DNA of 64,000 nucleotides, from sequence record LC768500.1; one strand, 5' to 3'. This document shows, piece by piece, positions 18,351-28,800 of the stretch (position 1 is its first letter; each line of letters begins with the position of its first letter). The notes under the pieces were generated by a model. That model saw only the letters and a list, made by a program, of their open reading frames with translations, did not search any database and was not told the origin of the DNA. Both the position numbers and the translations under genes were made by a program.

Positions 18351-19469
18351 ATGGATTTAAATCCCAGTAGTATTTTTGACAACATCGATTTTAATTCTCC
18401 CGTATCCGACATTAAAAAAGAGGCGGATACTAAACTCGCCGATTTAAAAGGTAGCGTCCTTAACCCTATCAGCTCTAGTACCGCAAGGATTAAAGACGGC
18501 ATCGCCCTGTTAAACAACATGGACACTAAGTTTAACCAAGCGGTAACAGGATTTAAATCTGACGTCATGGGTGTCGCTAACAGTATTATCGGCACCCTTC
18601 AAGATGGATACTTCACCATTAATGAATTAGTGAGTATGGTCATAGGGGCTTACACCAGCCTGACTAATCTCGCTAACATTGGTGATGATCTCAAATCCAT
18701 ACTGGGGACTAACGTCAGTAATATCGACGGGTTCTTAGATCGGTTCAGCAACATCTTCGTCAGTAGCATCAACTCGAAGGTAAGAGCGAGCGGGTACAAA
18801 TCCAATACGGTTAGTAGCGGTGGCGAATTCCTCACCATCACTCAGAGTAATAATAATCCGTCTTCCCAAGCCATCATCGCAGCGTTGGGCAAGCTGTCAG
18901 TAGGCGATCTTCAGGATTCTTACGATAGTTCAGTTTCCACCGCGGTATACAGCACCCTCTTAGCACAAGCCGTTTCCAGTGGATTGACTTCTTCCTACGC
19001 CGATCTTTATAACAAGATCACGGATAAAACCGAAGCCGATAAGGCAGTTGTCTCGGCAATAGGTAACGCCCTTGCTAACGGCGATCTGACTTCAATTGAA
19101 AATCTCTTAGCGTTGATTACTAACAGCGGAGCGAAACTCACTATTGGTTCCACCTATCCCAATGCTGCCGAAACCCTGTTAAGTAAATATAAACCTCTGG
19201 ATTCTCAAGATGTTTCAGATTACCCGGCTATCTCCGAACAGCTGAAAACTATTTTGGTTCTCTTCGGGGGAGTGAATTGGTGGAAGGTTTACACCGCATT
19301 AGGTTGGGTTCCTAATTTACTTATCGCTTCTAAGCTCTCAAGTAGTGTCAGAGATATTTGGATGGAAGACGCCGAGCTCTTTGCATTAGTGGCTTGCAAA
19401 GGTTTCTTTAAAGAGATGACCGCACGTAAAGCCTTCTTAACCAACTTTCCACAAACCCCGATAAGTTAA
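18351..19469 (+). CDS. Putative virion structural protein
   Basis: 372 aa, Ser/Thr/Asn-rich and helical; structural-gene neighbourhood. Confidence 0.55.
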   Translation: MDLNPSSIFDNIDFNSPVSDIKKEADTKLADLKGSVLNPISSSTARIKDGIALLNNMDTKFNQAVTGFKSDVMGVANSIIGTLQDGYFTINELVSMVIGAYTSLTNLANIGDDLKSILGTNVSNIDGFLDRFSNIFVSSINSKVRASGYKSNTVSSGGEFLTITQSNNNPSSQAIIAALGKLSVGDLQDSYDSSVSTAVYSTLLAQAVSSGLTSSYADLYNKITDKTEADKAVVSAIGNALANGDLTSIENLLALITNSGAKLTIGSTYPNAAETLLSKYKPLDSQDVSDYPAISEQLKTILVLFGGVNWWKVYTALGWVPNLLIASKLSSSVRDIWMEDAELFALVACKGFFKEMTARKAFLTNFPQTPIS

Positions 19470-19504
19470 ATAACTACCGTCTCCCTTTGGGAGACGGTAG
19501 TTAT
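19470..19504. terminator. Bidirectional terminator
   Basis: ATAACTACCGTCTCCC-ttt-GGGAGACGGTAGTTAT. Confidence 0.8.
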
Positions 19505-19545
19505 AATTAGATCATTTTTTTTATCTTGGGAACTGCTGATGGAAA

Positions 19546-20598
19546 TCACTCTCGCTCAATTCTTTTAATAAAATAATTCTTATACATTCCATTGTTCCGA
19601 TAAGACCGATTCAGGTTAGCCGAGTTGGTTCCGAAATTGGTTAACTCTATTGTTCCGGTTAGTCTGGTGACGCACTTAGTGCGTTTATGAGTCAATTCCC
19701 ATATCACTCTGTCAGACCTATTCGACTTCCTCCCGGTTCTATCGTAATTATAATCTCTTATTGCATTTATCAAATTCTGCTCGGGATCTTTATAGTGTTT
19801 GGTGTACTCTTCCTTGGTTACCTCTTCCCATTTACATCCCTTATAGGTTTTAGCTTTACCTGTCCTAATGGCGTGAAGATTACGATTATCCAATCCAAAT
19901 TTAGCGCATTGTTCCTTGCCGCAAACGTATATCACTCTTTTCTTGAATCCTGGGATATCAATCACAGTACCTTTCATGGGAATGACGAAAGGATGCGACA
20001 AGTGCTTATGGGATACAAGGAGGTTATTCTCTTTGGCATGTTGCTTGTTCTGTTGTGGCGTGGTCCATTCTAATGAATTTACGTCGTTATCATCCTTTCC
20101 CTTTAAGTGGTTAACTTCAAGTTCAGAATAATCGTAAAGATTGAGCTCATCAGGTTTTGGAATCCAGGACGACGCAACGATCCTGTGCACCATCATTACG
20201 TATCCTGATTTCATATATACTTTATAACCAAAATGGCTAAACGTTCCTTTAACCATTTTGTACGTTCTTAAATTAAAAATTCTACCTCTGTTACTCACCC
20301 AAATATAAGTAAAAGATGTTGATGTTTTCTTATTAATATTGAGGTTCTTCGGGCTGTACGGAAAATAACTTGCCGGAACCCAATACTCTGATCTGGGATC
20401 TTCTTTTAATAATTTTGTTAACTTGGCATAATAAGCTTTCTTACGTTCTTCGTGCGATAAAAGATTCAATAAAGCGTTAGCCTTTTTTCCCATCGCATCA
20501 ATAATAGATTTATATTCTTTAACAAATAACGGGAGATTTCCTCTAGCTATTTCATCCCATTCTTCTTCAGTTCTTATTCGCGGCGGTCTGATTTTCAT
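19546..20598 (-). CDS. Free-standing NUMOD4-HNH homing endonuclease
   Basis: WVSNRGRIF (NUMOD4-like), VHRIVASSWI...EVNHLKGKDDNDVNSLEWTTPQQNKQH; GGAG RBS favours ATG 20598; AT-rich. Confidence 0.88.
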   Translation of the reverse strand: MKIRPPRIRTEEEWDEIARGNLPLFVKEYKSIIDAMGKKANALLNLLSHEERKKAYYAKLTKLLKEDPRSEYWVPASYFPYSPKNLNINKKTSTSFTYIWVSNRGRIFNLRTYKMVKGTFSHFGYKVYMKSGYVMMVHRIVASSWIPKPDELNLYDYSELEVNHLKGKDDNDVNSLEWTTPQQNKQHAKENNLLVSHKHLSHPFVIPMKGTVIDIPGFKKRVIYVCGKEQCAKFGLDNRNLHAIRTGKAKTYKGCKWEEVTKEEYTKHYKDPEQNLINAIRDYNYDRTGRKSNRSDRVIWELTHKRTKCVTRLTGTIELTNFGTNSANLNRSYRNNGMYKNYFIKRIERE

Positions 20599-20685
20599 GG
20601 TTACACTGCTCCAGATTACATTATTTATCATATAATAAGAAGCAGTGGTTTTCCATTAACAATACAAACCCTTGATATTAAAGGG

Positions 20686-22836
20686 TTACCTCGGAAATTG
20701 TTGGTGCCAGACGCGTCCAATATCTCCGATAATCGAGTCGTTCACAATACCCGCGATATTACCCGCAGAAACAGACTGACTTATCGAGTTCTTAGCCGTG
20801 GTTAATCTCCTTGATAATTTGTTCCATCTTAAAACGGTATCAAGGTAATCCGACCCGGATAATCTCGTAATGTAGTCGGTATATTTCCCGGTATCGATCA
20901 ACATCCTGTTAACCGCTTCAGCAGGGTTCGTCATATCGAGTAAGGAGACCGCCCTGGAGATAGGAAGCGAGACATGTTTTTCTAAATCGACAAAGGAGAT
21001 ATCAACAGTACAGTTCAACGGTTTACGGTCTTTCTTCCAACCACCAACACCTTGTCCAAAGGAGATCGTTGCGGAATCGACCATACACGTTCTCATGATG
21101 GCACGACTCTTAGAAAAGATCTTACACAGGAAGGGTGATGTGTGAGCTGAAGGACCTGCGCTTAACGGCAGAATGATCGGCATCAATAATGATAGCGGAA
21201 CCCAGATATTCATCAGTTGCGAATAAGGGTGTGCGTAAGTCGCCTCAAAATAGAAACGATAAGTTTCTTTATGTAGGTTTGCTGACGATTCGGCCCAGTG
21301 ATCAGGAATGTTGATATAAGAGTTGTTCATTAACGCCATGGGAATGTTAGCGATCCCTATGGAGTTAATACCACCCATAGCAACTTCTTTCAAACCACTA
21401 ATAACGCCGTCAACAACACCAACGCCTGTCATTCCTCCGGCTAAATCAAAACGAAGATCGTTAGCCGCTTTTGACATACTGTTGAATTTATCCGCTACGG
21501 CTGACTGGGTGGCAGAGTTAGAGAAGTTATCCGTTACCTCACCTAAATGTTCTACTCGCCAAGTAATAGCATCTAGACCGCCGTACCAAGATGTTTTAAC
21601 GAGATCAGCAACTTGTCCCGCCCACGAAGAGTCAGTGACGTTATCCGTAGCCGCAGTTAATCTCGCTGTAACGGATTCCAGACTCTCCGAAGCAGAGGAG
21701 AACTCACCTTGCCCGGAAGAGGCCGTGGTGGTCGTTCCACTTCCGTCAGTATTCATTGACGAAGCATCCGATGGTGCGGCAGTCGCCGTCCCTGTCCCGG
21801 TCGTATCCGTGGTAATTGCTTGCGGGAGTATGCTCGTGTAAGCATCTTGATCGGTAAATGCCGAGGCTTTCTCCGGGTAATACCCTTCTTCTTTAGCACG
21901 ATATTTACCGGTGGTGTTCAATTCCTTTTGCATCAACTCATTGACACCATACTGTTTCCCAGAGAGAGTTTCGGCATTGAACTGGATGTTTTTGGCAATA
22001 TCTGCCATCGCATCGTATTTTTCCTGAGCGGAGTTAATGATGCGTTCGTTGAGCTTCTCAATTTCGGATAAGAACTTCCGATATTTTCTCGTCCCTAGTG
22101 AGACCAGTCGAATAACGTCTATTGTTCCGTCGTCGTTAATACAGTCCGGAAATAATGCGTTTAATCGCGCTATTTCATTATAGTAATTCCCGGCTTCTTC
22201 TGGGTCAACACCATTGATAGGCGCTCCTGGCGGTTTCTTAATAGCAAGAACGGGTTTTATAAATCCTTGAGCTGTAGCAACGTCGTTTAAGAAGTTATTA
22301 GCTGCAGTCAGGTACATCCCCATGCTAGGCTTCACGTAATAATACTGATTACGCGGAGTATCCATGAGGAAGTCTAAGAACGTCATCCCGATGCTGATCA
22401 GCTGGATGGGCCAGAATGCCAAAGTCCCTAACCCCTGACCGAAATAAAACGCCAGGCTGGGGCTACGGCCTTTATTAGCCTGAATAGCTGCTACTGGGTC
22501 GAACATGCGTTCTAAGAAAGTCAGTATCCCTGTGAATTCTGGAACACCAACAGTGATGGTAAGAAGAGACGCATTATCGTCATAGATCTTCTTATACTGT
22601 GTTCCCATCCCGCCGTATGAGGAAGACAAAAATTGGGAATAACGGGGGTCTGTCGCCGGCCCAAATTGAGGGACTGGGTTGATGTACCGGTTATCCCCAA
22701 TCGCACTACTGAAAAAGTTGTAATAAAGGTCTTTGTTAAGGTGATCTCGGATAGTGACGTTATCTATCCCAGTGCACATTAATTTGAAAGACTTAGCGAT
22801 GAGATTTCTATCTCGTAAAGATATGCTGTTAGCCAC
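20686..22836 (-). CDS. Tail/baseplate-associated virion protein (phiKZ gp182-like)
   Basis: 716 aa immediately downstream of the tape measure; synteny. Confidence 0.7.
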   Translation of the reverse strand: MANSISLRDRNLIAKSFKLMCTGIDNVTIRDHLNKDLYYNFFSSAIGDNRYINPVPQFGPATDPRYSQFLSSSYGGMGTQYKKIYDDNASLLTITVGVPEFTGILTFLERMFDPVAAIQANKGRSPSLAFYFGQGLGTLAFWPIQLISIGMTFLDFLMDTPRNQYYYVKPSMGMYLTAANNFLNDVATAQGFIKPVLAIKKPPGAPINGVDPEEAGNYYNEIARLNALFPDCINDDGTIDVIRLVSLGTRKYRKFLSEIEKLNERIINSAQEKYDAMADIAKNIQFNAETLSGKQYGVNELMQKELNTTGKYRAKEEGYYPEKASAFTDQDAYTSILPQAITTDTTGTGTATAAPSDASSMNTDGSGTTTTASSGQGEFSSASESLESVTARLTAATDNVTDSSWAGQVADLVKTSWYGGLDAITWRVEHLGEVTDNFSNSATQSAVADKFNSMSKAANDLRFDLAGGMTGVGVVDGVISGLKEVAMGGINSIGIANIPMALMNNSYINIPDHWAESSANLHKETYRFYFEATYAHPYSQLMNIWVPLSLLMPIILPLSAGPSAHTSPFLCKIFSKSRAIMRTCMVDSATISFGQGVGGWKKDRKPLNCTVDISFVDLEKHVSLPISRAVSLLDMTNPAEAVNRMLIDTGKYTDYITRLSGSDYLDTVLRWNKLSRRLTTAKNSISQSVSAGNIAGIVNDSIIGDIGRVWHQQFPR

Positions 22837-22878
22837 GCCGTGTCTCCTGATTGGTGGGGCTTTCGCCCCACCGTATGG

Positions 22879-25800
22879 TTATTTGCTCGTATACCCCATC
22901 CTAGGATCTGGAGCTTTCTGGTTCTGGATTTCTTTAAGCAATTGAGCGAGTAAATCGTTAGTTCTTCCTTGGGCTTGAACTTGAGCCGTTGCGACCGGAT
23001 CGGGTTGCTGAACCGGTTTAGCCAACGGAGTTGGCGGCGCAGAAGTACTTTGCTCGGTCGGGACCTTAACACGATTAAGTGGGTTAGCCGGATCGGATTT
23101 GTACGCGACCGATCCCTCACTCACCGGGGTAGAAGGCACAGCTCCGATAGGTTTAGGTCCTTGATTAACCGACGGAGTAGTAATCGCTGAAACTGCCGCG
23201 ACACTGTTAGCTGTTCCTACGTTTTCCGATTTCATCGTAGGCGGTTTGGCGTCAGGGCTGACAGAGGAAACCGAACTCGGAGGAGTTTCCCCAGAAGAGG
23301 AAGGCGTCGCTCCAGCATTAGGATCCACCGTCAACTCATTGGAAGTCAAACGTTTCATATACTGCTGATAAAGTCTTGTCCTCGCCGGCATATCAGGCAA
23401 GCCGTTGGGGTTAAGTCCTTGAGCTGCATATTCAAACGAGTTGTTCTTCACAATGGACTGAAGTCGTTTACCAGTCGAGCCGTTGGAGAGATACCAGATC
23501 AAGGTTTTCGCCATGACTTCTGGATCAGTAGAAACTAACTCTGGATTCTTAACGAGGTCTTTCCCCACATACTGAGAGGCAGCTCTGAAGTTATCCTTAC
23601 CCGTAAGCTGAATGAACCCACGGCCTCTGTAAAGCCATCCGTCGTTAGGACCACTGTTACCCAACCTACCGCCATAAACCGCGTTAGCGATGGCCTGAGG
23701 GCCACCAGCCACGATCTGCTGGGCCTGCCCCATCGACTTCACTCTACCTGGGAAAATTTCCAACAGCCGACCTGGCTTGTAGTTCATGTTTTCCGCGGTA
23801 TTCTTAAATCCTCCGCTTTCAAAGTTAGCCAGAGCTAACATTTCAGCAATAAGACGAGGATCCGTGAAGCCGGCCTTAATCATCTCCTTCATGATTAATT
23901 GCTCTGCGGCTTTCTGGGGAACGCTAACACCTTTGTCTCCACCTCCCGACCCGCCTACCGGAGTGACACCAGAAAGATCAACTGTCGACGTATCGGTATT
24001 ACCCGTAATAGGTTTATAGTTGATGACTGGCTGACCGCCCGCGATGACGTTATCGCCCATTGCAGCGGTCGCAACAGCCTGATTTAATCCACCCTCACCC
24101 ATTGAGTGAGCCGAGGTATACGGAACGACTTCTTTAGCTCCAGAAGCTTTAACTTCTTTGTCACCAAAATTCAATTTCGCATTCTTCGCGGCGGTATCGA
24201 GGTTATTAACGATTGCTTTAACCTGAGGTGTGATCGACCCAGAAGTTGTATTAGGGAACGGCGACCATTTAACCTCCCAAACGGAAGTTGGGGTTTTACC
24301 GATATTCACTTTGAGCCCTAAAAGCTCTTTTGCGAAATCAAAAGCGTTAGTGGCAGTCATGGACTTCCAACCCGCGCTTGGTTTCACCCCCCTCATGATC
24401 CTCACGTATTTCACCCACGCCATACAGACTGGGAGGAAACGATCCCGGAACCACGTACACCATTGGTTAGCTTGGTCGTCAGTTATTCTGAATGAGTTCT
24501 TAAAGAGGTTATACACCGCACCTGTGGTAGAAGTGAATCTAGCGTCGTTACCGATTACACTGATGTAATCCTCACAATACCGTTCTAACTTCAACACAGC
24601 TTCAACACGCCATGGGATGTGTTCCGTGTCACCGTAGGCTGCTAATCTTAATGCGGTTATCCCGGCCAGAGGTTTATCGCCCCCTGGTAAAAGATCGGTG
24701 ATGTTAATTTCCATAACCGATTTTGTTACCGGATAACGTTTATTGATCTCTTCAATATCAGAACGATCCTCGTACGTCCCACCCACTCTCATTTTAAGAC
24801 TAGACCACCAACCTGCCTTCTCAGATTTTTCAACCTGTTCGGCGGAGGTCTTCATGGTCACAATGCCTTCTTTCTCTATCCCCTCAGCTGTTCTTCCGTG
24901 TCTTTCGTTAAAGCTTTTCAGTTCGTCCAAATACAACCTAACCTGATTAATGGTTTGGTCTTTACCCATTATAGGTGTGGCTTCATCGAACTGAGCGGCT
25001 ATCTGATAAGGATAAGGATTGATGGTACCGATCCTGTCGTTGATGGTGGAAACAGTAGAGTACAATTTAGCGTCGGTCGATTTATCGAACGTCTCAAAAT
25101 CCCTGTACCCCGCGGTATCGATCGCAGAAGCGTAAGTCAGGAAAATAGGTTTGAAACGAAGATTAAACCAAGTGAAGTAAGCCTGCTGCTGGCCCTTGTC
25201 ATTGGCTTGAGGTATGAAGCTTTGGAATATCTGTTCGAGAGGAGCTGATTTAGCTATTGAAGCCACCCCAGCGGTTACGACGACATATTCACGTAATGCT
25301 TCTTCGGCAGATCTGATCTTAGCGGCTAAATCTGACTCGACGTCCTTGATACCATATTGAGCCATACGAAGTTTGAACTGCGACCCTTTGCCTTTGGCGT
25401 AATACTTATAGATCAAATACCCGGCAACTGCAACTGCCCCAATCCCCAACGTTACTGGATTAAATAACAGAGGAGCGACGGCAGTAGCCAAAGCACCTGT
25501 ACCCGATACAATAGCCGACCCGGCAGCACTCGCACCAGAAGCAATAGCTGATCCGATCCCGAGGTTAATCCCCATAGCCGACATGGCGCTAGAACCCAAA
25601 GATACCGCCGAAGCCGCAGTAAGCGTATTGCTCGCCACATCCTTCCAGTTAGTCCCTTCGTGTTCTTCATTGGTGGCGTCGAGGTACATTCCTAATCCAG
25701 CGGTAGCCAAACCCGCTAAGCCGAATTTAAATGCCCTTCCTCTACCTACCCTACCGCCTCTAGTTCTTCTTCCTCTACGTCGGCCTGAAGCCCCTCCTGC

Positions 25801-28800
25801 AGCATCAACAATATCGTCAACACCATCAGATGCCCGGCGACCTAACAGACCAACAGTAAGGATCTTAGCTAACGACGTTAATCCACTTACAATAGCGGGT
25901 AGAGTGGTGATACCGAGGGTTAAGAATTTGGAGAGTTTAACACCAAGTCCGGCGACCCCACCCAAAATAGTTCCCATGGGGTTCTTAACGAAACCCAAGA
26001 GACCATTAAGGAATCCGCCACCTTTCTTCTCTTCATCGGGAGAACCGGAACCTCTCTCTCCTTCTCTATGACCGGCGAGATCGATAATAGCGTCCTGATA
26101 ACGAGATTCACGTTCAGCTTTCGCTTTACGTTCCTTATCTTCTAAAGAGTTTAAGCGAACATCATCCGTGTTTCCCATTCGGCTTGTTTCATTAACAATA
26201 TCAGCCTTGATATCCGGCATGTCGTTAATGTCATAACCAAACTTACGGCAAAGCAGAGCGTAAATACGATCGACCGAATTGGTAATAGGCGTATAGTCCG
26301 CGGTTACAAGATCGTTGATCTTATCTCCAGCTCGCTTACCGTAACCTTTAGCTCGATCACCCAGTTTCCTGCCCAGGTCAAGAAGTTTACCACCCATTAC
26401 TCCCGTCATACGTTTGAGGGATTCTATTTTCATCCCCCCTGATGTAATGAGCCCATCCTCGTATTCGGCTTGGGTAATAATGACGTCGCCGTTCTCATCA
26501 TACACCGGTCCGTCGATATCTCTCCAACCCTTTACAGGAACAACGCTACCATTCAAACGTTTGAAGTATTTACCGTTCTCAAAACCCTTCCTTGTCAGAA
26601 CAGGGGAATCCTCTCCGACTCGATAAACATCCATTTGGGTTATTCGATTGGTAATACCCTGACCTATGCCTTTCAATCGGTTAAGAGGATCTAACCAGTT
26701 AAAGAGTTTTAATCCGGCTGATTTCACCGCGTTTAAGCCACGAAGCACGACGGCCTTGCCTTCGGCACTGAACAGTTTACCCGAAAGACGTTTAGCGGAG
26801 ATCACGACCTTGGTTCCGAGATCAACGATCGATCCTTTGATCTCTTTCCAGCTGGTGATAATTTTCTTTAAAACTTTGTCGTAATACTGACGAGCTCTGA
26901 GTTTACGCGCTTCGAGTATTGGATCTTCACTCTCCCCATCGTAAATGTCTTCATCGTCACTGACGTCTCTGGCGTCCGCCATACTACGAACTTTGGTATA
27001 TAACGCCCAGGCTGCAGCACCACCACCGATCAACGCCGCTGTTTTAGGATCGTGAATCGCCAATCCCGCTAACCCACCTAACATCCCACCCAGCATCAGT
27101 GGTTCGTGAGCCAGCAGTTTATCCATGCCAGCACTGAAAATATCCTTAATCCCACCAAGACTTTTAATGCGGTCGAGGATGGTTTTCTTCTGTGCGGTAT
27201 CAGCGGCATCTTCAGCATCAGTTTTGGGCTTATTCACTTCGGCTGGCTGACGAGAAAGGATTTGTTTCAGGACTTCCAATTGTTCCTGATTAATATCCCT
27301 TATTCCCATTACAGAATCCGTTAAAGATTTAACTTGCTCTGGGCTTAATGCATTTCCATCTTGTCTGCCGGGAATCCCGAGTTTAAGCTGCTCGGTGAGT
27401 TCCGATAGGGCGGTAACTAATTTACCGGAATCCTTCCCGGACAACCCACGACGGTTATTGATAATGGTTTTCGAATTACCCCCACCCATTCCACCACGAG
27501 TAGGGAGAGGGCCTACGTCATCCTCTTCGATAAGGCCTTCGTTACCATTAAGCTCTGATTTTAACCGGTCCCATATCGCATCGGTGTTAAAGAAATCTGA
27601 CCCGTTTTCACTATTAATCAAATTCATTTCTCTTAATAGTGGATCGTAACCAGCGTTTCGTAACAAATCGATTTGCTGAGAAATATTAGGGAGATAGCCT
27701 TTGAGGTTTTTGGCTCGCAGACTAAGATCGGCCGCCAAACGTTTACTTTTAGCGGTCGGCATGTTCAACTGAGCTTTAATACCAGCCAGCCCAGATTTTT
27801 TAGCCGCTTCAATATGCTGGTCGGTTAACCTGAACGACCCCCGCATCACTTGTTCAATTTCTTTACGAATCGATGGAGTTAGCCCGTCTTCGTCTTCCAT
27901 CCCGAAATAGTTGAACGGGTTGAATCCTTTATCTTGGTCAACGTCTCTCGCCAAACGATAAGATAAGAAACGTTTAGCTTCTGGTGACAACGTCCCATTT
28001 TTGTCAATGACAGAAACCATGTCGGACGTACCTGAGGCCAACCCACTAAATTCTCTCCCATTCAACAAATTACGTTTAACCGCATTTTGGGTTTGTTTAT
28101 GGCTTAAGAACTTCCCACTGCGATAATCGAAGCGCTCTTCTTTCAGGTTATCATTACCCGTGCGTATCTTTTCCAAGCTCAGATGAAGCTTAGCGAACCA
28201 CCCAGGAATGATTTCATTTAACGTACGATCGGATTGACTGCTCCAGTAGCTTGGCTGAGTCAAATCCATCAAGTTACGTTTCTTGAGTTCGTACTGTTTA
28301 CCGCGGGAATCGTTGATATTAAAAGAAAGATCGTTTAACCTATTTCCCAGGAAATTTTTACCTGTTTGTTTTAAACGCCACGCTCTTTCACTTAACCGTT
28401 TTTCACCGGGAGCAAGTGAGTCAAGGTAATCGTCGTAGGTAGAAAAGTCTTCTTCGTAGTTAGCGTTATTGCGGAGAATGGTTCCTGCTAAACCAGCCGC
28501 GTTAGTTCCAGCGTATGACAGAACGCTACCCAACTGTTCCAACTTGCGATATTGCCGGCGGATGTTTTTGGCTTCTTTTGGATAGAGGGTCGCAAGTTTA
28601 TTAATAAGCTTAGCACCCTGCCCAGATTTAAAGAAAGCTGGTCCTCTCTCAATGACCTCGTTAGCTAGCATCTGCCCGATAATGGTTCCCATATTGAGAC
28701 CCATTCCTTCGGACATCTCCATCCCCATTCTACCCGCGCCAACCATTCCGCTTAAACCAGAAAGCATTCCTTCTCTGGCTTCTTTACCGAACGTCTCGGA

